Shown: positions 40,753 through 50,878 of the stretch, in pieces | How positions within the stretch are numbered: the first letter of the stretch is position 1 | How the letters are laid out: each line of letters opens with the position of its first letter | IMG/VR virus record: IMGVR_UViG_3300005325_000006 | Location: 1-57,067 of that record | Length of the DNA stretch: 57,067 nucleotides | Strand: one strand, 5' to 3' | Source: a virus | Lineage: Duplodnaviria; Caudoviricetes | Made by a program: the position numbers and the translations under genes | The notes under the pieces: model-generated | The model's database searches: none | Seen by the model: only the letters and a program-made list of their open reading frames with translations | Told to the model about the DNA's origin: nothing

Positions 40753-40956
40753 CCCCCCACGCAGGATTTTAACCTGCTCCGCATAGGATAGGCGCGTACC
40801 GGCGCCTCGTTTTAGTTCTGACTTTTTCAAGTCCTTCTGTCGCAGAAGGCGACCCGCATTTCTGATACTTAAATCAGCGCGGAGTTCGCCGCAGTTAAGC
40901 GGAACCGGCGAAGTTCTCCTATGCTCGATTCATGTGTCTCACCACATCGGTGAGGG
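40753..40956 (-). ncRNA. 204-nt tRNA-like cloverleaf with large structured insert
   Basis: Acceptor CCCTCAC/GTGGGGG; ATGTG/CACAT arm; GCATAGGA/TCCTATGC helix; T-arm GCAGG TTAAAAT CCTGC. Confidence 0.75.
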
Positions 40957-40957
40957 A

Positions 40958-41033
40958 TGCAACCAGCCGGATTCGAACCTGCGGAACGGGGCACTCCAAT
41001 ATCCCCGACGTTTGACCACTTTGGTATGGTTGC
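40958..41033 (-). tRNA. Atypical or pseudo-tRNA, anticodon not assignable
   Basis: Acceptor GCAACCA/TGGTTGC; D-loop AGTGGTCAAA; CGGGG/CCCCG with 11-nt loop; GCAGG TTCGAAT CCGGC. Confidence 0.7.
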
Positions 41034-41049
41034 AAAAATTTTTGTGAGA

Positions 41050-41463
41050 TTAACGGAAGATCGCGCTTCCGTGTGCAGGTTCGTACGTGTCAGTCTCGGG
41101 GGTGTTCCGCACAACCCCGCAATCGAATCCGACACAGGGGGTTTCATTGGGTTCATACGGAACGTCAGGCATAGAGTACTGATACGCATACCGTGCGAAT
41201 GCGAGCTTCTCCTGCTCATCGTGGGACTGTTTAAGTTTATACTCAGTCAGTCCGAGATGGACATCATTAAAATGCTGTTGGCGGTTATCGGCAGTGATCC
41301 ACCACACGTATCCAAGCTGGATACCGTCATGGACCGGCTGGCCGTTACCATACCCGTCTTTAATGAAGTAGTCATCGGGCGGTACAATTGCGCTTACCGG
41401 ATTGATAAGCAGGATCCCGATCATCATGATCGAGAGCATCATCATTTTCTTTGCATCAATCAT
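41050..41463 (-). CDS. Secreted/membrane protein with signal peptide
   Basis: GGAGGT RBS; MIDAKKMMMLSIMMIGILLINPVSA. Confidence 0.8.
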   Translation of the reverse strand: MIDAKKMMMLSIMMIGILLINPVSAIVPPDDYFIKDGYGNGQPVHDGIQLGYVWWITADNRQQHFNDVHLGLTEYKLKQSHDEQEKLAFARYAYQYSMPDVPYEPNETPCVGFDCGVVRNTPETDTYEPAHGSAIFR

Positions 41464-41599
41464 CTTTTTTACCTCCACTATCTTTTTCACGGGAATCATA
41501 CCCGCAGTCCCCGCAGACTAAGGATTTGTCCTTCCTCACGCGGACGCGGCCTTTCAACCCGCAGTTAGGACAGGGGGATTTTCCTTCCCGTGCTGTCAT
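41456..41599 (-). CDS. 47-aa zinc-ribbon protein (not in ORF track)
   Basis: MTAREGKSPCPNCGLKGRVRVRKDKSLVCGDCGYDSREKDSGGKKDD; leaderless after TATA. Confidence 0.8.
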   Translation of the reverse strand: MTAREGKSPCPNCGLKGRVRVRKDKSLVCGDCGYDSREKDSGGKKDD

Positions 41600-41620
41600 A
41601 ATTATTGTGTGTGCGTTATA

Positions 41621-41682
41621 AGTATTTAATACTTTCCATTAATCCAAAAAAGGCACCATTTAGCAAGTGAAAAATATAAATA
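41621..41682. promoter_or_regulatory. Divergent TATA promoters
   Basis: Minus GAAAGTATTAAATACT (41636-41621); plus AAAAATATAAATA (41670-41682). Confidence 0.7.
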
Positions 41683-41725
41683 GTGAGAGCGATAATATGT
41701 GTTTAACAAAAAAGGTGAAACGAAA

Positions 41726-44201
41726 ATGCGCACTAAACTTATCCCTCTTGAACTTACGGAGGATGAACTAAATATTCAGTCTGCATGTTGTTGCATCGCA
41801 TCGGTCGTAATACAGGATCCCGGGCCGGATATCGCACTATCAATGTCTCAGGATAACCGCGAGATGTTCTTGCGGGCTGCTTACATACTGGCAACGAAAA
41901 ACAAAGAATACGCGCATTACTTAGAGAAGGTAATGAAAGCCGGCATCCTGACAAACATAACGGAGGGAACTTAAATGAAAACAATTAATCCGAACGGAGT
42001 GAAACGTATGTGTGAACGCAACCCTTGCGCGAAATGTCCGTATATTACATCATGCCGGAACGAATGCGCTCGGAGTCAGAGGATGAACAGGAGCGGGGAT
42101 TAATGTCAAAGAAAACGCTTGAAGATTGCGCTCGGTGTCCGGTAATGAAAGGGTGCGACGCACACGGGCACGCGCACGGCCCCGTATATTGGTGGCATCA
42201 GTTAGGTATTGATCCGTGCGATCTTGATCTCGGAAACCCCATTGAATGTTCTTTCTTGGGGTTTGTATGAGATATAACGATAAGCATCATAACACGTGCG
42301 GAAACAGGATCGGAATGTATCGCGGAGAACAATGCACGGCGGGACCGTCCGTGTGTCCGTTTCTTTCTGAGTGCGAAGAACATTATAACCCAGACACCAA
42401 GGAATTTGAATATATACATTCATTATTGCCGCGAGAACCGAGACCACGTAAAAACAAGGACGTTAAACTTTCGGTTCAGAAACTTAATTTACCAAAATTA
42501 TTTAAACGACATAACGGAAAACGCGAGTTGATCTTAGCTGTGTTATTGGATTTTCAGGATCGGGGATTAAAGAGGATATCTTCTAAGCAAATTGCATATC
42601 GCATAGGGGATACTCCACAAGCGATATCTATCTATTTGCGCGATTTTGAGGGGATTAAATGTACTAGAAACAAAGGGGTTTTTTTTACTGGTGAGATAAT
42701 AAAAATTGTAAGGAGGTAATAATGGTAAAAATAGAATACGGTAAAAGCCAGAACTGGTATAACACACATTGCTGTTATTGCGGGAGAAAATTTACACTGT
42801 TAGAAGATCGGGTATTTGGAACTGCGATTTTCAATAATGACGAGGTGCTGGCTGTAAAATATCATCCATCCTGCGCGAACGAAGCGAATATTCAGCAAGC
42901 CTGTGAGCAGGTGAAACGTGGAACCAAAGCCGAATAACTGGTATGGCCGGAATGTCAAACGTCCCGATTGCAACAAAAGCCGCGATGTTCGGTACCGATC
43001 TGAGACTAAAGATTTCCGGTGCAAGTGCGGGAGAGTATTTAAACGAGAAAAAGTAATAGGAACAATGAACTATGCAGGAACAATTGCAGGATAAAGAAGT
43101 CCGGACGTATCATTATATCTGTGATACGGTCCCCTGTCCTAAACGGTGCCGGTATTCGGTGGATGTCGAATGTCCGTTTATTGAACCGAAAATAAAAAAC
43201 AATCATTGCAGAATTTTTCCGTCCTTGATGGAGAATTTCAGGAAGGTGGACTGAATGAGTGGCCGGGAATTATCATTAGCTAACGCGCTGGCACATGGAG
43301 AATATATAGGATTGCCTCTTTTATTCCGGTGTGAGAATTGCGGGCACCATTACTTCCACATCCTTGAATTTACCGAGAAGATCGGGAACCATTCTGAAGA
43401 TGTGATCATCGAACGAAACTATTATCTGAAATGTGTGCGGTGTGGATCTGAAGAGGCCGATCATGTAATGACTATTGTACCTAGTTGGTCCGGCCCGTGT
43501 ATTGACAGGGACAAAATGCAGAAGTGGGATGATTAAAATGGATCCAGATGCAATAAAGAAGACGGCAATAAAAGTGTTTGTTGAATGTGGATTTAAACAA
43601 TTTGAAATGCGGTGTGATCCAATAGAAATATCATCATATAATAATACATATCCTGATCCCGACTGGGAATACACGGATAATCAGGGGCATTATCATTACA
43701 GATCATCACGCAAAGATAACCATTATCCAACTCTCGTAACTGTTGTAGATTGTGAGGCGACCGACGACTATAATGAGGAATGGCATTATGAGTGCGTGAT
43801 ATGTGGTGAGATAATTGTTCCCGGGTACAAAGATGACGGAGAAATAAGAACATTTATACAAGGTCCTATTACAACCATAGCCACTTTAAACGATGGCAGG
43901 AAAATCTACTTGAATTATGAACAACTACAAGAACTCGACCAGTTATCAAAATCAAAATACGATTATGAATTTACAAAGTTGCGCGAATATCTCACAAAGT
44001 TAAAAGAGGAATAAAATGGATGAAGAGATCCGGCATATAGTAAAGTGCATCGAACCCGGATTGTTTTGTTGTCAGCACCGGTTAGTATCAAGTATACCTG
44101 ATGATAATGTAGCTAAGTGTCAGGTATGGTGTATGAAATGGAGGGTGAACCGGTACAAGGATCGTGTCTGGCATCACTGCGAGAAAGAATATCAAACATA
44201 A
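41726..44201 (+). other. Run of short accessory ORFs, mostly Cys-rich; 42246-42719 has a C-terminal HTH-like segment
   Basis: Co-oriented, coupled ORFs with RBS. Confidence 0.7.
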
Positions 44202-44734
44202 CCTTTTTTTTATAAACCAACATATAGTTTATAGCATCAGACGTAAATATATCGGTTAACTATAAATAGTATTAATAATTGCGATACATTCCCCTTCAGG
44301 TACACGATAGTTATCTGATCTGTTAACCTTTTACGATTAAAAGGGGAATTTCCGGGAAAAAAGAATACTGCTTTGTTATTATATAACTATAATTAAAACC
44401 AATATTTTTTTATTTTGTATTGGGTTTTATTCAGCACTCGTTCTTTTTTCTTTAACATTTAGATCATCTCATCTGAATTGATTATAATCATTTTATTCTT
44501 AGGGTTACCTATATGACACTATTACTATATAAACCTTACTCTTTAAGTACAATTCGTTATTATATAACTATAATTACGATCATTACACTCTTTTTTTGCA
44601 AATATGGGAAACAACAGAAAAGTATTTATTATCGTGATTATAAACAGTATATCAGAGTCTATAATAAGTCAGAAAAAAGAAGAGTCTGCCAATATACTAT
44701 TCTCTTTTCTACTTAATATAGTTTTCTGTTTACC
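44202..44734. other. AT-rich intergenic region, candidate replication origin
   Basis: Longest non-coding stretch; 21-nt direct repeat at 44375 and 44556; upstream of the MCM operon. Confidence 0.55.
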
Positions 44735-45088
44735 GTGAGGTATCTTAACTTGCCGAGACCGAAACCCCCGTATGAGATGATGAATGTCTGCATCCGTGCG
44801 CCTGCCAATTTGGTGCAGGATCTAAAAAGCCGGGGGATTACGGAGTTGTCACAGGTTACGGTAGAGTATTGGAGATCACTTGTGGGTGAACCCGAAGACC
44901 CGCGCATGAAAACGATCCAGACGGCGATCTCTGATTATGCTGAGGCCGATCCTGGAATCGTTAAGACGTACGCCCGGGATGATGTGAAAGGGGAAAGGTT
45001 AATAATGTCACACTTGAATAGTAAAGGGATAGAAGCTACGGCCAGCGAGATCGGATCGGTTATGGTCCGGTTAATGAAGGTGAAATGA
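44735..45088 (+). CDS. Putative RHH-like DNA-binding protein (start may be TTG 44750)
   Basis: NVCIRAPANLVQDLKSRG pattern; adjacent to AT-rich region. Confidence 0.5.
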   Translation: MRYLNLPRPKPPYEMMNVCIRAPANLVQDLKSRGITELSQVTVEYWRSLVGEPEDPRMKTIQTAISDYAEADPGIVKTYARDDVKGERLIMSHLNSKGIEATASEIGSVMVRLMKVK

Positions 45089-46133
45089 ATGAGCAGAAAA
45101 ATGTTAGTAACTGCAAAAAATCACTGCGGCAACTGCGGAAGAAAAACATGTGATTGGTATCCAGAACGTGAAACGATGTCCCGTATTAACCAACACGGGG
45201 ACAACCATTTTTCTATGCGCCTTGCAACTGAAATGACGGGCTGCCGTTTTTGGGTGAAAGAATGACAGAAGACGAGCAATTGATCGGATGGGAACGTATG
45301 GAAGATCAAGAAGAGTTCCGGGAAGCCTGTTATATTGCTAATAATTCCTTATGGCTTTGTGATGATGGTGCACCATGAAAAACAGAAGAATAATTTATGA
45401 ATGTCGCATGTGTAAACAGAGATTTTCTCCGGGTAATTTAATAATCGACGATCCGGACGATGCAATGATCTTTAGGGATGCGGCAGAACGCACGATCCAC
45501 CATTGTAACACGGGAGACCCAGACTGTGATATCCCCGCACGGATCGGGTATGCAGATAAAATAGGAATGAGGATCGAGGAGGTGTAAGGATATTACCATG
45601 TATAAAGTAGATCTCATAGAATACGGGCACATTGATTTTGTGATCATGTGTAACAAGTGTTTTGAAGCAATCTCAAAACTACAACCAAATATGAGGGCAT
45701 ATAAACTATCGGGTCAAGACACTTTTAAAAGATGCGAGGTGTGTGGCGCGAGAAGATCAACGGCATCACATGCAGGTGCACCACAAAAGGATGTATAAGT
45801 ATGGTGTATAAACCCGGTGGTGGGGGCGAATCCCGTAAAGTAGTCTATTGTCCAGACTGTGCCAGATTTATGTCTTCTGGGTGTCCATATCCATTAAGTA
45901 ATATTACATCCAGATTTTGCAGATATTTTGCCAAAAATCTTTGTGACACGTGCAAGTTAAAAAACGGATGTCCTAATGGGATGGTATCATACGGTATTCC
46001 TCTAGTTTCGTGTCCGGTTGGAATTTACGAGAGAGTGAAAGAATGATCTGTGATCAATGTAAACATAAACAGTATTGTGATAAGAACCGGCTGCAAAAGT
46101 TGTATCTTTATCAGCACTTAACGGGCGGGAAAG

Positions 46134-46976
46134 ATGATTGCGCGCATTTTGAGAGGGTGGAAACGATTGCTCGAATTAAATAAAATATATTGTATGGATA
46201 ACGTGCAAGGATGTAAACTGTTGGATGATGAGAGTATTGATCTAACGGTTACATCTCCCCCCTACGATAACCTGAGAACGTATAATGGGTTTACATGGGA
46301 TTTTGAAGCCCTTGCACGCGAACTATATCGGGTAACTAAAAAAGGTGGGGTTGTGGTTTGGGTAGTGGGGGATGCTACAATTAATGGAAGTGAAACGGGC
46401 ACATCGTTTAAACAGGCACTTTATTTTAAAGAGGTTGGGTTTAATCTGCATGATACGATGATCTATCGTAAACTTACGCACATCCCCACAAACCACAACC
46501 GATATGAACAATGTTTTGAATTTATGTTTGTTTTATCGAAAGGTGCTACTAAAACATTCAATCCTTTAATGGATATTACAAAACAAAGAACATCCCACCC
46601 ACCATCAAAGAAAAAATCAGATTCTCAATTACAGGGGGGGGCATCAAGCGGATCAAGGACAACAAAAACAGTTCCGTTTAAATATTCTAAAATTAAGGAT
46701 AATATTTTTGGGTATTTGGTTGGATTAAATATGTCGCAATCAGACGAAATTGCATTTAAACACCCCGCCACCTTCCCAGAGCAATTAGCATCCGATCATA
46801 TCCTTTCATGGAGTAACAAAGGAGATCTGGTTCTTGATCCGTTTATGGGAAGTGGTACAACGGCTAAGATGGCATTGATTAACCAGCGAAAGTTTATCGG
46901 GTTTGAAATATCACAAGAGTATGTAGATCTAGCAAACAAGAGGGTAAAAGGGTGGATGGAGCAAACACGGCTATGA
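46134..46976 (+). CDS. Beta-class DNA methyltransferase (N4C/N6A)
   Basis: TSPPY, HPATFP, VLDPFMGSGTT. Confidence 0.95.
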   Translation: MIARILRGWKRLLELNKIYCMDNVQGCKLLDDESIDLTVTSPPYDNLRTYNGFTWDFEALARELYRVTKKGGVVVWVVGDATINGSETGTSFKQALYFKEVGFNLHDTMIYRKLTHIPTNHNRYEQCFEFMFVLSKGATKTFNPLMDITKQRTSHPPSKKKSDSQLQGGASSGSRTTKTVPFKYSKIKDNIFGYLVGLNMSQSDEIAFKHPATFPEQLASDHILSWSNKGDLVLDPFMGSGTTAKMALINQRKFIGFEISQEYVDLANKRVKGWMEQTRL

Positions 46977-47333
46977 TTGACTACACAATACCCTGTTGTG
47001 AACACGAACGGCACTGGATAACAAAATGTAATGTTGGAAATAACACGGCAGGATGGGATACTATTAAATACCGATCATACTCATGTAACATGTTCTTTTG
47101 CCAGTACCCGGAAAAGGATTGTCGGGTAAAACGAAGCGGTGATCGGCTTGAGTGATGAGGTAGAATCTACCGAATCTAAAATAAAATGCAGGTATTGCAA
47201 AAACGATACTTTTTATTTTGTAGAACCCGTAACCGTATATCCCCCCAGAAGAGACGGACGAACGGGAGCAATCGAAACGGGTATGTGGTTTTTACGGTGT
47301 ACCCGATGTGAAGGAATGCAGGAAGTGGAATGA

Positions 47334-49412
47334 GTGGGCGACATTCAAGAAACCGATAGAACACAGGACTGGACGACGTTTCTTAAACTATATTACAAAA
47401 AACAGATGGGGGAGATCTCCCGGGAATACCCACATAAACGGTCCCTAATTATCAATTATCGGGATGTCGAGAAATGGGGTAAAACCGGGATTGCGTTAGC
47501 GGACGAACTGATCGAGAATCCCGGGAAAGTCATTGAGGATATCCGGGACGCTATTAAAACCAACGCTCTGATCCGGACGGGGGATAACAAAGAGATCAAA
47601 GATCTTAATATCCGTTTCTCAGGTGTGGCGAAAAAACGGTTATTGCGGGATCTCCGGTATGACGATGTAAACACGTTGGTGGCGATAGAAGGGGCAATAG
47701 TTACCCGGGCGACGGAGGTAAGACCGAGAATAACAGAAGCGGTGTTCCGATGTCCAGCGGGGCATTTCACACATAAGATACAGGGATCCCATAGCCGGTT
47801 TGTCGAACCCAATGGATGTATGACGGACGGGTGCCAGTTTAAGAAACTTGATCTGATACCTGCACGCAGCCGGTTCACCAACCAACAGAAACTTAAGATC
47901 CAGGAGAACAGCGAAGGGTTAGCCCCGGGTGCGCAACCGCAGGTAATGGACGTGATCGTATTAGACGATGCATGTGACGATCTTTATCCGGGTGACAGGG
48001 CAACCATAAACGCCATTGTACGGGCCACACAACGAATCGTTAAAGGTGAGAAAAGCACGGTGTTCGATCTGTTCTTAGAGTTGTCGTCTATTGAAGCATC
48101 ACAACGGGACTTTGAAGAGATTGCGATCACGGAAGACGCGGAAACTAAAATAAAAGAGATTGCTAAAAGTGGTGATGCGTTAGAACTGATCGCTTCATCA
48201 ATAGCCCCGTCAATATACGGGTACACTGATATTAAACGTGGAATAGCATTGCAGATGTTTGGGGGGGTTGAATCAGTTAATACAGATGGGACGATTAACA
48301 GGCCGGACATTCATATATTGATTTTAGGTGATCCCGGAACTGCAAAAAGCAAACTTATAAAATACGCTTCACGACAATCCCCCCGAGGGGTATATGCAAG
48401 TGCCGTTACATCTTCCGGTGTGGGGTTGTCCGGTATGGCAACAAGGGACGATGACGGACGGTGGATGATAGAGGCGGGGGCGTTGCCGTTAGCAGATAAG
48501 GGTGTTGCGGCAATTGATGAGATCGATAAAGCGGATCCGGAAACGATAGATTCACTTCTCAATATCGCCGAGGAGGGGGAAGTGAGGATTATCAAAGCCG
48601 GGCAAAACAGGTTGCTTAAAGCGAGATGTTCACTGATCTGTGCAGGAAACCCCAAATATGAGCGGTTCGACCCGTTTGCGGACATTTCGGAACAAATAAC
48701 AATCCCCCCCGCATTTCTATCCCGTATTGATCTTTTCTATCTAATGATCGACAACCCAGAACCGAAATCAGACGAAGAGAAAAGCCGGCACGTAGTAAAA
48801 ACAAGATATATTGCAGAGTGTAGAGCGGCGGGGAAACTCGACAGAGTATCAGAAGAAGATCTTAAATTAACGGAGATCCCAATATCAGGGGCACTCCTAA
48901 AACAATATATCGCATATGCCAAACGTAATATTATTCCGATAATGAACGTACAGGTCCGGGAATACCTCACAAAACACTATCTAAAAATCAGGGGTAAACC
49001 GACGGAAAACGCACCATCCCCCGCGACAATGCGACAACAGGAAGCATTGATCCGGTTAGCGGAGGCATCGGCACGGATACGGTTATCTGGAGAAGTAACA
49101 TTAAAAGATGCCGAATATGCAATTAGTATTTATGATGCATGTATGGAATCTGTTTGTAAAGATCCGAAGACAGGTAAAATTGATTTGGGTAGAATCGGGC
49201 AGGGTGTTTCTCAGGAAAAGAAGAACATGATCGGGGCTTTGAGAGAAGTTATAAAAAACGAACCGAAATTATCAAAAGAGTTGTTACTTGCAAAGATGGC
49301 AGAGAGATCGTTTAAAGACGAACACACGATCATGTCAGCCGTTGATACCGCGAAACGGTGCGGGGATATCATGGAACCACGGCACGAACATTATACATGG
49401 GAGGGGAAATAA
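47334..49412 (+). CDS. mcm: MCM replicative helicase
   Basis: GDPGTAKS, IDEIDK, LSRIDL, TMRQQEALIRL, N-terminal Zn motif. Confidence 0.97.
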   Translation: MGDIQETDRTQDWTTFLKLYYKKQMGEISREYPHKRSLIINYRDVEKWGKTGIALADELIENPGKVIEDIRDAIKTNALIRTGDNKEIKDLNIRFSGVAKKRLLRDLRYDDVNTLVAIEGAIVTRATEVRPRITEAVFRCPAGHFTHKIQGSHSRFVEPNGCMTDGCQFKKLDLIPARSRFTNQQKLKIQENSEGLAPGAQPQVMDVIVLDDACDDLYPGDRATINAIVRATQRIVKGEKSTVFDLFLELSSIEASQRDFEEIAITEDAETKIKEIAKSGDALELIASSIAPSIYGYTDIKRGIALQMFGGVESVNTDGTINRPDIHILILGDPGTAKSKLIKYASRQSPRGVYASAVTSSGVGLSGMATRDDDGRWMIEAGALPLADKGVAAIDEIDKADPETIDSLLNIAEEGEVRIIKAGQNRLLKARCSLICAGNPKYERFDPFADISEQITIPPAFLSRIDLFYLMIDNPEPKSDEEKSRHVVKTRYIAECRAAGKLDRVSEEDLKLTEIPISGALLKQYIAYAKRNIIPIMNVQVREYLTKHYLKIRGKPTENAPSPATMRQQEALIRLAEASARIRLSGEVTLKDAEYAISIYDACMESVCKDPKTGKIDLGRIGQGVSQEKKNMIGALREVIKNEPKLSKELLLAKMAERSFKDEHTIMSAVDTAKRCGDIMEPRHEHYTWEGK

Positions 49413-49563
49413 TGGCATACAAGCCTGGTGGAGGATTGTTAAAAAACCACATTAAAAACAATCCTAAAACACCCCCTTATAAAAACTGTGATGGAGATTG
49501 TCTTTCATGTGATGTTAATGTTTATATCTCATGTGGTAAAAGAATTAATGGTGAGGTAAAAGA

Positions 49564-49893
49564 ATGAATCCATACAAAGACGATGACGAAACAGAACTTT
49601 CCAAAGACGGGGAATTATATAAAAAGTGTGTTGATAAATGGGGTGCAGATGCCCAAATCAATATGGTTACTGAGGAACTTGCAGAACTTATATTAGCAAT
49701 CCAAAAATGGAAACGCAACCATAGTGAAAAAACAATAATGGATATTGCGAATGAGGTTGCAGATGTCGAACTCATGCTCGGGCAGTTGCAATACATGATG
49801 GATACCGGAATAGAAAGAAAATACGGGATCCATCTTGATTATTACAGAGCATTTAAACGGATCCGTCTTGAAGAGAGGTTGAAAACAAGATGA
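49564..49893 (+). CDS. MazG-like NTP pyrophosphohydrolase
   Basis: EELAELI...EVADV. Confidence 0.85.
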   Translation: MNPYKDDDETELSKDGELYKKCVDKWGADAQINMVTEELAELILAIQKWKRNHSEKTIMDIANEVADVELMLGQLQYMMDTGIERKYGIHLDYYRAFKRIRLEERLKTR

Positions 49894-50321
49894 ACCTGGA
49901 TGTATTGATTAGTAAGAACGGGAAGATCCCGGCAGATGGGATAGAAGCGCAGATTATACGGTGGGAATAATGAAAATACTTAGTGTATTTGAATTTTTAA
50001 ACCGCCCTTTATGTAAAATTGTTGGGCACGATTGTTATCACGATTTTATGAAAGAGGGCAAAGTAATATCAGAGAATAAATTTATGGCTAAAAAAATCCT
50101 TGAAGGTAAAATTAAGGTATGTACTTGTTACCGATGCAAAAGATCGGCATTTAAGGAGCGTGTTATATAATGAAAATAAAATTAAACGTAACTCTTATTT
50201 GTGATGAATACGACTGTCCGGAAGACGCCAAGATCTGCATAGATCGGTTTTTAAGAAACTATGGGGAAGATCGCGGAATAATTGCGCACGAGATCGATCC
50301 ACATACGGAGATTTTAGAATT

Positions 50322-50819
50322 ATGAATCTGGATGCATGTTATAGTAAGAACAGTGACGAATGGAGTACACCCGGATGGCTTTTTGAGATGTTGGATCAGG
50401 AGTTCCATTTTGAGGTCGATGCGGCAGCGATAGAAACAAATAACAAATGTGGTCCGGAAAACTATTTTATTAATGCTCTTGAAGAGGACGATTGGAAAAT
50501 ATGTGGACATAACACATTCTGGCTTAATCCTCCATACAGTAAGATCGGTGCGTTCATGAAAAAGGCGTATGAAGAATCGCTTAAGGGCGCGGTAGTAGTA
50601 TGTCTTATTCCCTCACGCACTGATACGAAATACTGGCACGAGTACGTAATGAAATCGGCGGAGATACGATTTATTAAAGGCCGGTTAAAGTTCGGAGATG
50701 GAAAAGGTTCCGCACCGTTTCCTTCTTGTATTATTATATTCAGCAAGAAAGAACCCGAAGCGATTAACGATTATCCGGTTATTGGTAGGACGATAGAACA
50801 ACCGAAAACAAAATCTTAA
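50322..50819 (+). CDS. Phage-type DNA N6-adenine methyltransferase (Dam family)
   Basis: WSTP, WLNPPYS, LIPSRTDTKYWH, RFIKGRLKF, APFPS. Confidence 0.93.
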   Translation: MNLDACYSKNSDEWSTPGWLFEMLDQEFHFEVDAAAIETNNKCGPENYFINALEEDDWKICGHNTFWLNPPYSKIGAFMKKAYEESLKGAVVVCLIPSRTDTKYWHEYVMKSAEIRFIKGRLKFGDGKGSAPFPSCIIIFSKKEPEAINDYPVIGRTIEQPKTKS

Positions 50820-50878
50820 TATACCTCTTTTTCCCGGATAAGTAAAAATATAAATACTTACAACGATAAGAATATTGT

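Noticed and set aside
40821-40832. ACTTGAAAAAGT identical to a SpCas9 tracrRNA hairpin
   Set aside because: Only a 4-bp GAAA tetraloop hairpin; no anti-repeat or Cas gene
40957-41568. 203-aa plus-strand ORF, and minus ORFs 40575-40784 and 40869-41219
   Set aside because: Overlap the minus-strand genes and tRNA-like RNAs; no RBS or protein-like features
44513-44716. 67-aa ORF in the AT-rich region
   Set aside because: Low-complexity Y/I-rich translation overlapping the direct repeat; likely spurious
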